Shown here: positions 13,201 to 24,500 of the stretch, piece by piece
How the letters are laid out: each line of letters starts with the position of its first letter
Position numbering within the stretch: position 1 is the first letter of the stretch
Origin: Octopus bimaculoides
Taxonomy: Eukaryota
Length of the DNA stretch: 64,000 nucleotides
Assembly: GCF_001194135.2 (NCBI RefSeq)
Contig: NC_068982.1
Location: 133,463,545 to 133,527,544, forward strand
Reading direction: 5' to 3'
Program-made: the position numbers and the translations under genes
The notes under the pieces: generated by a model
What the model was told of the DNA's origin: nothing
Databases searched by the model: none
The model's input: only the letters and a program-made list of their open reading frames with translations

Positions 13201-16200
13201 AATCATCCCAATTATTCCAACCTACAGTCATTTGTATGACCTTGCAGGTCCTCAAAACAGACCTATTAACAAATGGAGTGAATTGTTTATTTGGTTAGAG
13301 ATATGCAGTTATGTTTTATAGAAAAAATGCTTTGAGGAGATATGTAAAGAATTAGGTTGTGAATTAGGCAACAAAGATTGTAGAAATATAATGTAAAAAT
13401 GGTGTTAGCAACTAGTTTTGGAATACTTATTGTGTGGATTTTAACGGAGGTATAGAAGAGAAAAATCCATTTTCTATACCAAATATAGATCGTATAGTTT
13501 ACTATGTAAATCTTTAAATTATTTGTGTTTCACAATCTTGTGAAGTTTTCAATGACATTTTGTTTATATTTTCAGTTTGATGATGGAGAAGTTCGATTTG
13601 ATGGGAAACTTACAGCTAAAGATATTGAAACATTTGTAGTTGCTAATAAGCTACCTCTTGTTATTGAGTTCAACCAAGAAGTAAGTATAAATTATATTTA
13701 ACATTAACTAAGTTTTCTATTGCTGAGTAATTTACTTTCATTTAAAAATAGTTTGTCAAAAATATTTTAAACGAAAAATAAACTTGAGTGAATTCAATGT
13801 ACTGTAGAATTTTAGCGATCATCTTTCATTTTTTTGTACTTTGAGAAAATTTTCAACAATAAATTTGAGGCCTTGTGCACATGTAAGAAATTCATATTTC
13901 TTGTCATGCAGAAATGTTCATTAATTTAAAGTAATATAAAGTGTTTATCTATTTATTTAAGAAAATTTTTTTTGTGGTATCTTTTTGAACAATCAGGTCA
14001 TCCCATAAGTTCTGTCCGATTTTACCTTTTTTAAAATTGAATGAAATTTAATAGTATTTTAGAATGTCTAATGGAATTAAAAATTATAATAGAATTAAAA
14101 TTTCTTTGATTAAAACCATTTCTAACATGGAAGTATCCAAAGAGCATTTGAGGCACATAATGCTTTATGAGTACAAAAATGGAAACTCTGCAGCCGAAGC
14201 GACTCGAAACATACTCAGTTTATGGGAAAGAATGCTTGAATGAAAGACCTTGCAGAAGATGGTTTGCAAAATTCAGAAGTGGAGATTTCAGCCTTGAAGA
14301 TGAAGATCGAACAGGACGTTCAGNNNNNNNNNNNNNNNNNNNNNNNNNNNNNNNNNNNNNNNNNNNNNNNNNNNNNNNNNNNNNNNNNNNNNNNNNNNNN
14401 NNNNNNNNNNNNNNNNNNNNNNNNNNNNNNNNNNNNNNNNNNNNNNNNNNNNNNNNNNNNNNNNNNNNNNNNNNNNNNNNNNNNNNNNNNNNNNNNNNNN
14501 NNNNNNNNNNNNNNNNNNNNNNNNNNNNNNNNNNNNNNNNNNNNNNNNNNNNNNNNNNNNNNNNNNNNNNNNNNNNNNNNNNNNNNNNNNNNNNNNNNNN
14601 NNNNNNNNNNNNNNNNNNNNNNNNNNNNNNNNNNNNNNNNNNNNNNNNNNNNNNNNNNNNNNNNNNNNNNNNNNNNNNNNNNNNNNNNNNNNNNNNNNNN
14701 NNNNNNNNNNNNNNNNNNNNNNNNNNNNNNNNNNNNNNNNNNNNNNNNNNNNNNNNNNNNNNNNNNNNNNNNNNNNNNNNNNNNNNNNNNNNNNNNNNNN
14801 NNNNNNNNNNNNNGCAACAATCAATGCTCAAGTCTACTGTCAGCCATTAGAACATTTGAACCAATCTTTGAAGAAAAAGAGACCCACTTTAATGAATCAA
14901 AAAGGAGTGATGTTTCATCAGGACAATGCGCAACCCCACACTGCAAAGCTCACATCACAGAAGATCGAAGAGCTTGGTTGGGAAAAAATTCCTCATCCAC
15001 CATATTCTCCCGACCTTGCTCCTTCAGGCTACATTTGTTTCGTAGTTTACAGAATCATTTGGGGGACATAACTTTCGCAAGCCAGGAGGAGGTCGAAACT
15101 GACATTTCAGAGTTCTTCGCTTTGGAACCAAAAGAGTTTTACATTGATGGGATTAAAAAGTTTGTAAATAGATAGAAGGAAGTCATAGATAATCAGGGAA
15201 AGAAAATTCGGATAGAACTTAGGGGATGACCTGATATAATATCCAATTATCATTATTTGGGCATTGTAAAGGGGATATAACATTTTCAGACATAATTTTA
15301 ATTTTTGCATAATTTTCAATATTCTACTTATTTTTGAAATTACTTTGCACATATCTAGTTCGTTTTATAACATATATCAAGGCAGACTTGTTTGAGCTAT
15401 TGGTAAATGATATAAGCTGTAAGATTACATTTGCAAATCACATTTAGCTTATAAGTTTATAATATGTTTAGTTATCCTTGACAGAATAATAAATCTTGTC
15501 AGTGATGGTTTTTTCATTTAAAACGTCCATTGTTGAAGAAAAACGTAAAACTCTGTTTTTGTGAAGTTTAAATATTAAAAAAAAAAAAATTTGAAAACAA
15601 GTCATTTCTTTATTCTAAGAGTTTTATACTTATTAGAACTAAAACACAACAGTTAATATTAAGTGAAAGACTGCTGAGGTTGAATTTGATTTTCATCCTT
15701 TTGGGGTCAGGAAAACAAGTATTAGTTGAACACTAGGGTTGGTGTAATAGACTTACACCTCCCCCAAAATTGCTGGCCTTGTACAAAAATTAGAAACCAG
15801 TATTAAGTGAAAGACAATAGATTGGCAGAATCATTAGAGCATTGGACAAAATGCAGTGTGGTATTCCTTCTAGCTGATCTGATTTCAGATCTCGTCATAA
15901 TCTACTTAATTTGATTTTCAAGAAAATCAAACACTAATGAAGTATTATGATCAATGGAATTAGCTTACTCTTTCCTCCTGTAATTTCATGCTTTGTAGGT
16001 TGGAAACTATTAACTGAAATATTGCTAGTATATTTCATTCATTCAACAGCTTCAACATTAATCTTTTCTTTTATCTTTAAGTCCGCCCAGAAAATATTCA
16101 GTGGAGACATCAAAAATCACCTTCTATTGTTTTTGAAAAAATCTACAAAACCAGAAAGTCTTCTTGATTCTTTTAAAACTGTTGCTAAACAATTTAAAGG

Positions 16201-19200
16201 CAAGGTATGTATTTAGTGTCATACATTCTTTTAGTTTGTTTATTTCAGCTCTGTTGGTTTTAGCTTCAGAAGTATATTTTTGTGTTTATTACATTATTTT
16301 AAGCTTTCAGTAATTTAGTTAAAAGAAAAAAAATTGCATTAAAATTCATTCTGTTTATCATAGTTTTAACATGCACTCTCATCCATTTGCATGGGTGACA
16401 TAAAATTCACTGAGGCAGATTTTCTGCAACTGGGTGCCCTTCCAGTTGCCAATCTTTAGCCATTTCCGAGCAAAGTATTATTTCTCCATGATTGGATATG
16501 TTTTTGCTGAAAATAGGAAATGAACCCTGCCTGTATGACAGTGACACTTGTTTACAGCTATCACACAATGTGAAAACAAGAAGATACACATGATAACCTT
16601 GTTTCAGTTTCTGTCTACAAATCCATTCACAAGGCTTTGGTTAGCCCAGGGCTATAGCAGACACATTTGCCCAAGGTGTCATACAGTGGGAATGAGCCTG
16701 AAACTTTGGTCTGCTTGGGCTATAGTAGAAGACACTTGCTCTTGTTACCTCACTGAGATTGAACCCGAAACTATATGTGAAGAAAGCAAACTTCTTAACC
16801 ACACGGCCATATTTACACCTATGAATTATTTTCATTTCAGGTTCTATTTATCAATATTGATATTGAAGATGAAGACAACATGAGGATTTTGGAGTTCTTT
16901 GGTCTAAAGGAAGAAGAGTGTCCATCCATCAGACTCATTCGTTTAGATGATGAAATGTCCAAATATAAACCAGATACCACAGACCTTACCACTGAATCAA
17001 TGACAAAGTTTGTTCAAGACTTTTTGGATGGTAAAATTAAAGTATGTAAATTTTATTATTTCTTTTCAATTTGTTGGTTTTAAAATATAATTTCATATGT
17101 CCAACAGTTTGGCTGGAGTTAGCTCTGAAATGGGCTTGTATCCCATTCATAGTAAATCTTGTACTAAATGAGAGCCTTAAAAATGGTATGGGATCTACAA
17201 TAAGTTGCTAATGGACTTGTATGCTTGAGACAAACTAACTTGAACTTCTTACAATGTCTATTCAAAATGTGTTTAAAGGAAGACCAAATACCAACAAATA
17301 ATGCTATATAATTGAATTGTTTATATACCATTCAAAATTTTGTTTCCTTATGCAAACTAATGAAATGTTCAATTCTATAGCATTCCCTCTACTAAAATAG
17401 TAAACTCTTACTATAGCACATATTTACAATAAATGGATAAGTTAAGTTCAAGTGTCCTTTCTAAAGAGACTATAACATTAATTGCTGATAGGGACACTGT
17501 ATTTTGTTATGTAACAATATGACTATTTAAGCAATGTGTTTCTGGATGGGTAATGGGTCGGATGTGGTGCTGAAGAAGGAGCAAAAACTCCCAAAATATG
17601 CATATACACCCCTTGCCTATTTTTCTATCTCCAATCACATTATTTACATATATTTGTTTGTATATGAAACATGATAAATCAGTGCTGACTCTAATTTCTA
17701 TAGAATATCTGTAGAGATAGCCAATATCATACTTTTAAAAGCTATCTTTTGACCTTTAGACATTATTCTACCAATTGCCTACTGCAACAATTTAGATTTA
17801 CATTTGCACTCACATAATTTTTGTTGAAGCTTTAAGTGACGTGTTTGATTATGTGAAGTTTTCAGTTTGCATTTGAAATTATTCAAGAATAATTCAAATT
17901 TTCCAGTCGGAAAGTGTGATAGTCTTTTCATCAGCTAATTTATATCTCTTTGTTTTAATCTGGTCTTATATACCCCTTTTTAGCAAAGGTGAAGCTGGAA
18001 ATGTTTAGAGAAAAAAAAATAATTGAAATAATTCAATATTTGTTGCATATTACATTCAAAGAAAGGAAAATGGCTTTGGAAGCTATTTTGTAATTGAAAA
18101 AAATGACACAGAGAGAGGTACTCACATCAAAATGATTACATTTTATAATGTAAAATTTTCAGATATTGAGTGATTATTAGAAAAGTGTCTTTATATTTAT
18201 ATAAAATGTTTTGTAATTGTTCTCTTTTAAGAGAATTAATCTAGCCAATACAATATTTTTCTTGTAGCAACATATGATGAGTGCTGATCTTCCTGAAGAA
18301 TGGGATGCTAAACCAGTAAAAATTTTAGTGGGTACTAATTTCAATGCTGTTGCCAAAGATAAGACTAAGAATGTGTTTATTGAATTCTGTAAGTATCATC
18401 ATTTTAACATCCATGTTTTTCATGCTAATATGGGTTTGGCATGTTTTAGTAATGGACTCAAAACTATTGAGTACATATATATATATATATATATATATAA
18501 ACATGTTTTTTAAACACCTACTTGTCCATGCTCAATGGATCAGACTGATTTTGTTGAGGTAGATTTTCTACAGCCAGGTACTCATCCTGTTGCCAACCCT
18601 TACTTGTTTCCATGTGAGGCAATGTTCTCCCATGACACAAAGATTGAAAAGTGCACCATCATGCTGCTTACATGATGGTGGTACTCATTTACAACAATCA
18701 AACAAAGTCGAGGCAAGAAATGATAAGTAGAAAGACAGGTACCCAAGGCACCATGCAGTGGAACTGAACTTGAAACTGTGTAGTTGGAAAGCAAACTTCT
18801 AGCCTTTGACTATGCCTATACATATTGCTTAAGTCTGCTTTCCATTACGTAGAAATTTCCCTGAGATATCTGTCAGCTCAGAGCTTAATAAAAATATTTA
18901 AAAAAAAACTCTTGCCCAGTGCTACACATCAGGAACAAATCTGAAGCTATGTTGTTTTAAAGCAAACTTCTTAATCACAGAGCCACATTTTACACTGGAA
19001 ATATCCAGTGTTACTTTTTATGTGTTTCAGTCATGTGACTGTGGACATGCTGTGACTTCACCTTGAACAGATCAACACCTGTACTTATTTTTGAGTCTAG
19101 TATTTACTCTGTGTCACTCTTTTGCTGAACTGCACATTAGTGTTTGGAGGGGTGCAGCTCTTTGGCTGATGATGTATATGCATGTGTAGGTATGTATACA

Positions 19201-21348
19201 ATGGGCTTCCACACAGTTTCCATCTTCCAAATTCACTCACAAGGCATAGGGTCCAGGGCTAGAGAAGATACTTGCCCAAGATGCTACGGTGGAACAGCTC
19301 AAAGTCTCCTGGTTTCAAAACAAGCTTTTTAACGACTTTCAAATACATGATTTCTGTGACTTTATTTTTTTGCATAAATCTTAATGAGAGAAGCTAAGTG
19401 CAATTGATTTTGCATTATCTAAAGGAATTCTTTCCATTATGATTATATTTGCTACTTGTTACATTTTCAGATGCTCCTTGGTGTGGCCACTGTAAGCAGT
19501 TGGCTCCAATCTGGGATGAATTGGGAGAGAAATTCAAGGATCGTGAAGATATCGTCATTGCCAAAATGGATGCTACTGCCAATGATTTAGAAGACATCAA
19601 AATTAACAGCTTCCCAACACTGAAATATTTTCCTAAAAATAGTGATGAGGTAATAAGATTATGTACTTCTAAATCTTTTTAATAATTTTATTTTTTATAA
19701 AATTAAAAGAATGCAAGTTAGAAGAAAAAATACAGGTCAATGGTTTGCACTTTTGCCTTGTTCTGGAAATATTTTCATGACATTTTCTTTTGTTATAAAG
19801 CCAAAACTAAGCAAGTAATAAGAAAAAATATAAGTTAATCATTTCTTGTTCAGGAAATATTTGGAGAAATGATTAACATATATTTTTTCTTATAACTTGC
19901 TTTGTTTTGGCATTATAAAAAAAAAATTTTAATTTCATGCAAACTATATCATTTTACATATTTGCTACTAAATGTTATTTGTGTGTGAGTGGGTGAGATT
20001 ATCATGTCTACCTGATATTCTACTGCTGGATACCATTTGTTTTCAAGTTCTGGATTTCATTCCAATGGTTTTTCACACATTGTACTAAGCTTCAAGACAC
20101 AAATGTTACTGCTGTCCAGGCAATCTCTGAAGCCACATGGCAGCAACCATACCTGCATGTGTGCATACACAGCTTCTGTACAATTTCTGTTTACCATATT
20201 TCACTTGAGGCTATGGTAGACACTTAATTAAGGTGCCATGCTTGCATATGTGCATGTGTGTGTAAAAATCATTGATTCAGCATCCATTTTTCCATGCTTG
20301 CAGGGCTGAGATAAAATTTATTCAGGCAGATATTCTAAGTCAAGAAACCTTCTTTCTAAGCCAGATAATGTCACCTTAGTCATTTGAATAAGAATACTAC
20401 AATGATTGAATATTATTTTCAAGGAAGATTGCAAATGTATGGCATTGCTTTTATGACAGTGATATTTGTTTCCAACTATCATACACTTGCCTAAGGTGCC
20501 ATGCAATGGGACTGAAGATAAACCCATATGTTTGTGAAGCAAACTTCCCTACATCTCTGCTATATCTCCATACCCTTATTTCTTAAATATTTCTCTCGAT
20601 CAAGAAAAGAAATACTTTCTGTTAATAGAATTCATTTTAATAAATGTCTTTATTTCTTGTTTTTAGGTAATAGATTATAATGGTGCCAGAACATTGGAGA
20701 GCTTTGTTAAATTCTTAGAAAGTGGTGGAAAAGAGGGAGCTGAATTGGTAAATACATTATTTCTCTCAGAATTTAATTTTAATCCCCNNNNNNNNNNATG
20801 AGTTCAAATCACACTGAGGTAAACTTTACCTTTTATTCTTTTGTGGGCTGATGACGTAAAGTATCGGTTGAAGCACTGGAGGGTGATTTAATCAACTTAC
20901 TTCCACCCCCAAAATTTCAGGCCTTGTCTCAAATTAGAAAGTTATTAATGGTGATGAATAGCATCAAACAAAATGTCATGTGGTATACGAGGGGTGTTTG
21001 AAAAGTTTTGAGTCTTGAAGTCTTGTACCATATTTTTTTTTTTTTGAGGCTCAAGACTTTTCATACACCATTCGTATGTTTGAAGCCACTCTATGATTTC
21101 TAATTTATTTCCATCTTCCCATATAGTATGGGTAGTGCAGTGGGGTGACTTTTATCTTTATTCATTTATTTTTTCTTAAATTTAAAAATTCAGATAATTA
21201 AATATTTTACCTGTCCTATTATTTGATTATAATTTCCTTTTTTGAAATAAGATTTAACATAACTTTCTATATTTCCTTACAGGAGAGTGAAACAGCAGAA
21301 GAAGAAGAAGAGGAGGAGGAAGACGAACACAAACATGTAGAATTATAA
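4861..21348 (+). CDS. P4HB: Protein disulfide-isomerase (PDIA1/P4HB type), 5'-partial, 9 coding exons
   Basis: Exons 4861-4994, 9213-9350, 13576-13680, 16082-16204, 16841-17041, 18268-18388, 19471-19649, 20667-20747 and 21283-21348 all have GT-AG boundaries and total 1148 nt in one frame. The peptide follows recalled human PDI ([58 protein letters not shown], acidic tail). The signal peptide and a-domain exons were not found, so they lie upstream. Confidence 0.97.
8221..8611 (+). mobile_element. RTE-tail repeat (family A)
   Basis: ...gcattaggaagggtatccagctgtagaaac...catggaaaacggacgttaaacgatgataatgat. Confidence 0.8.
9213..9350 (+). CDS. P4HB: PDI exon (b domain); absent from the ORF track in this frame
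   Basis: ttgacag|GAT...AAG|gtatgg; [46 protein letters not shown]. Confidence 0.95.
11150..12880 (-). mobile_element. Old degenerate RTE-like LINE ORF2 fragment (boundaries approximate)
   Basis: Reverse complement near 12130-12260 reads TEGPV...[15 protein letters not shown], homologous to the RT-start fragment at ~50985-51380. Confidence 0.55.
13576..13680 (+). CDS. P4HB: PDI exon (b/b' junction)
   Basis: ttttcag|TTT...GAA|gtaagt; [35 protein letters not shown]. Confidence 0.95.
13993..15234 (+). mobile_element. Near full-length defective mariner (DD34D) transposon, partly in an N-gap
   Basis: About 27-bp TIRs (tcaggtcatcccataagttctgtccga / tcggatagaacttaggggatgacctga), TA on the right side. 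Frameshifted transposase [19 protein letters not shown]...[17 protein letters not shown]...FHQDNAQPH...[13 protein letters not shown], plus an in-frame stop. Confidence 0.93.
14324..14813. other. Assembly gap (others: 20788-20797, 27438-27529, 27705-27714, 32998-33250, 37711-38117, 44622-44811, 55456-55585, 60633-61177)
   Basis: N runs, mostly next to repeats. Confidence 0.99.
16082..16204 (+). CDS. P4HB: PDI exon (b' domain)
   Basis: ctttaag|TCC...AAG|gtatgt; [41 protein letters not shown]. Confidence 0.93.
16360..16810 (-). mobile_element. tRNA/CORE SINE with RTE-derived tail (approximate)
   Basis: gaggcagattttct...cccttccagttgccaa tail plus acatttgcccaaggtg core. Confidence 0.7.
16841..17041 (+). 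CDS. P4HB: PDI exon (b' domain)
   Basis: atttcag|GTT...AAA|gtatgt; [35 protein letters not shown]...FLDGKIK. Confidence 0.96.
18268..18388 (+). CDS. P4HB: PDI exon (x-linker / start of a' domain)
   Basis: cttgtag|CAA...TTC T|gtaagt; [40 protein letters not shown]. Confidence 0.96.
18500..19330 (-). mobile_element. Cluster of CORE-type SINE copies (approximate)
   Basis: Repeated cccaaggcaccatgcagtggaactgaac / gcaaacttctta motifs and tail D. Confidence 0.65.
19471..19649 (+). CDS. P4HB: PDI exon with a' catalytic WCGHC motif
   Basis: ttttcag|AT GCT CCT TGG TGT GGC CAC TGT...GAG|gtaata; (Y)[38 protein letters not shown]. Confidence 0.98.
20667..20747 (+). CDS. P4HB: PDI penultimate exon
   Basis: tttttag|GTA...TTG|gtaaat; [27 protein letters not shown]. 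Confidence 0.95.
20986..21076. mobile_element. 91-bp mariner-type mini-MITE (MADE-like) in the last PDI intron
   Basis: tacgaggggtgtttgaaaagttttgagtct ... aggctcaagacttttcatacaccattcgta: imperfect 30-bp TIRs including TA at both ends. Confidence 0.75.
21283..21348 (+). CDS. P4HB: PDI last coding exon: acidic c region and ER-retrieval-type tail
   Basis: ccttacag|GAG AGT GAA...CAT GTA GAA TTA TAA; [21 protein letters not shown]. Confidence 0.93.
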   Translation, partial: ESETAEEEEEEEEDEHKHVEL

Positions 21349-21516
21349 AATTATTATATCACTTTTTTGTGATCATTTCTTATTTCATCTTTTCCTGTGC
21401 AACAGTGGTTTCTCTTGGCCAATTGGCTCGGCTACCATGTTGCTGCAGCAGCGATGGCCATTCATCGGACAATTTAGGCTACTACTGTCCATCACTATTT
21501 GCATTTCACACACACT

Positions 21517-21543
21517 TTCTCTCTCTCTCTCTCTCTCTCTCTC
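21517..21543. repeat. (CT)n microsatellite in the PDI 3' region; many other (TA)n, (CA)n, (GA)n, (ATT)n and (GAT)n tracts occur (e.g. 1-24, 7228-7260, 35672-35706, 41440-41490, 60490-60532)
   Basis: Direct reading. Confidence 0.9.
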
Positions 21544-24500
21544 AAACTCATCTATTTCCAAATCTTTCAGCCCAGAGATATGAACCCTTTCTCAAAAATC
21601 CTATTCTTAAATGCTGCAATAACAGCATTTGGAATCTAATTTTATTTTGTGCGCTCATGTTTAACATGAGTAAAAGGACAACTTGACTCTTAACTAAACA
21701 AATTTAAACAAGCTTTTTTGTAACAAACATTTAAAAAAAAAATAGAAAAAAAGGGGGAAAGATAATAAATACTAATAATTCTTTCATGTGTGGTGACTCT
21801 TAAAATTTATTTTTGTTTCTAAAGAACTGTGTTTTTTTTTTTTTTTTAATTACTTTTTGTCGTTTTTTTTTCTTTTAAAGTCTTCCAGTTTATATTGAGA
21901 TAGTGATGGACTGGCCAGTGCTGCTGCAGAGTGCTCTGATTTAAACTGAGACTGTCTTACTGGAAACATTAGATATTCTGAACTAACTCTTTATTTTTGC
22001 TCATTTTCACTCCTTCCTCTCTAATACTTGGCTTCTTAATGTTCGGATACGTATTTTTCCTTTTTAATATTATAAACATTTGTCATTTAATTCTAGTAGC
22101 TATTAATACCAAATTAACCACTTCAAATTAATTAATGGAAATATTCTTGGCATCTCTATAAGTTGTTCTAATTAGTTTTGTATAGATATCTCTTAGGAAG
22201 TATTTGTGGGTGAGGGCGTTCATCTTTATTTCTGAATTTTATCTTAAGGAAATTTATCTTTTGTTTTAGTACAGATTAGTATAAGTAAAATTTTACATCA
22301 TTACATGTTATGTTGGTTAATTTGTAAATAAGGTCATTTTGTTTTGCTTTGTATGCTTTATGCCTACTTTGGGGAGATGTACTACTGCTTGAAATTTAGA
22401 ATAATCCCCTATTCTTTTTGTTTACTTAAAATCAAAATAGTATCGTCTTGACAAAATCCTCATAAAAAAAATTATGATAAATATCATCTGTTGTTAAAAT
22501 TCATTGATCAATTACCTATAAAGGGTGGTGGGATCTAATTTCATCATGCCTTCATATTTTGTAAAAATTATTAAAAAAAACACACATTGGGTAACATTTT
22601 TTGTTTGCAACATTTCTCTCTTATGAAGTAAATTTTCAAGATCTAAACATTTTGTTTGGCATAATCAAGTGGTATGGGAGGAAATAATTCACACATATCT
22701 ATGAATGGAATTTCATTTAAAAATTAACCTACAATATTAATACAAATTTCCCTTCATGTAGGGGGACTATAGAAGAACAGGATTTATCACAACCATGATC
22801 TCAAAATTCCCTCTTGGGTTATTTTTCTATCATCATGCAATCATATGTGGCTAAATTTGAAATACTAAGTTCACTGAAGCTAAAAAGCTTTATCACTTTT
22901 CTAAGTGGGAAAGTTTAAAAAGAAACTGTGATTGACTTAATCATCCTTGATTCAAATTGATGCACAAGGTACTGGAACTAACCTATAAGAACTTACTGTA
23001 GTTATATTTTCTACCTGAATACTGCAATAAGACAACTGCAGTTGCCTTATCTCAATTGTTTCAGGCATTGTTATTTGGTTAGATGTAAACTGTGCTCCTG
23101 TCAGATAGGTATTGGAGATAAAAACTGTTTGAATATAAGTGTTTTCATAGTGTAAAATGAAATCATTTAGAAATTAGCTTTACATTTGAGGTGCATACAT
23201 TATTTGTACTTGGATACATAAAGTAACAGTTGTAGAATATATCCATATATTTTACATAGTGCAAACATTATCTGGTATATGCTGGGTAGAGTGGATAGAT
23301 ACGTATTTATTATCAAAGTTGACGGTCTATTCTGAGTCTCACCCTTAGCTGGGCTGTTCACTTTATACTCAGTCTGGTTGCAATATAATAAAACAGTTTT
23401 AGTTTAGAGCAAAATTCACTAAGAGTTCACTTACAAACACCATTACTTTCTTATATTTTAAAATCATGTAATTTTCTTTTGACATTTTAATTTTAAAGAA
23501 GTTGTTACTTTCAGTGCAGTTTAAGTTCATGACTGCTGGACTATTTCAATTTAGAAATTCTTAGTTTGTCCACATTCTAAAATATGGAAACAATTTTTCC
23601 TTGTTAAATTTTCATTAAGTTTGGGACCATGGTGTAATAATGTTTCTTTTAAAAAGATAATGAAGATTAAGAAATTGAATTTTGAGGATCAAGTTTTTGC
23701 TTAGTAACATTTTTGAGAAGAATTTATAAAATCTACCTCAAAATTTTCAGGATTTTTTTTTTTTTGTAAGAAATGTTTTCCTATTCACATCAATATTTAA
23801 AAAAAAATTTCTTTCACCTTGTTACTTTAAACTGTCTTCTTTTCATGCTTATAAAACACTATAAGCATGTCTTGGTCTTATCTAGACAATATTTGTCTAT
23901 TATTAGTTCAGAATAGATAAATCAAATTACAAGACTAGTAAATTTCTCTTGTTTTCCATTTTTCAGTTCTGAAGTTTATTTCTGATGTCACAATCCTCCT
24001 TCAATTTTTTCTCCCTAGTAGTGTGTAGTCTTAAGCTCCTTTACAAATTGCTCAGACTTGATCATATTGTGTGCATGTGAGTTTGCTCATGTGTGGACTA
24101 GCTGGTTCTTGGAAAAAAGGGCCACAGTTTAACGATCACCTCTGCCTTAATTTATCAAGTGTATTTCTAAGTGTGACTTATCGATGGTTGGATATTCATA
24201 AAAATTCTGTGATAGTTCTCCTTAGTGATTTTTTTTTTTTTCTTCTATTAGATTTTAAATTTACTTCTGCTTCAGAACTGAATATTCCAGTCATAGAAAC
24301 TCATTGAATAATGCTTCTTTTCTTCCTTTCTCTAAAAACTCTGCTTCTAAATACCATTTTGACTGCATTAGTCAAATTCTTTCAACTGAGGAATTTACTA
24401 AACACAAGATCGATTCTATAGTGTTACCAAATATTTTTGGCTGAAAAAAAAAAAAAAATGGAGGGAGATTTCTATAGTAAAATTCTATTTATGGCAAGTA

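Noticed and set aside
14167-15175. Long ORFs of 166-311 aa
   Set aside because: Length comes from translated Ns; the real content is a frameshifted mariner transposase.
16082-16090. Alternative in-frame CAG acceptor at 16090, and CAGGAG tandem acceptor at 21280-21285
   Set aside because: Possible micro-variants, but homology supports the upstream sites and there is no transcript evidence here.
21415-21462. ccaattgg and tgctgcagca palindromes in the PDI 3' region (ERSE- or SECIS-like?)
   Set aside because: No CCAAT-N9-CCACG, downstream of the stop, no SECIS core and no in-frame TGA; short palindromes are expected by chance.
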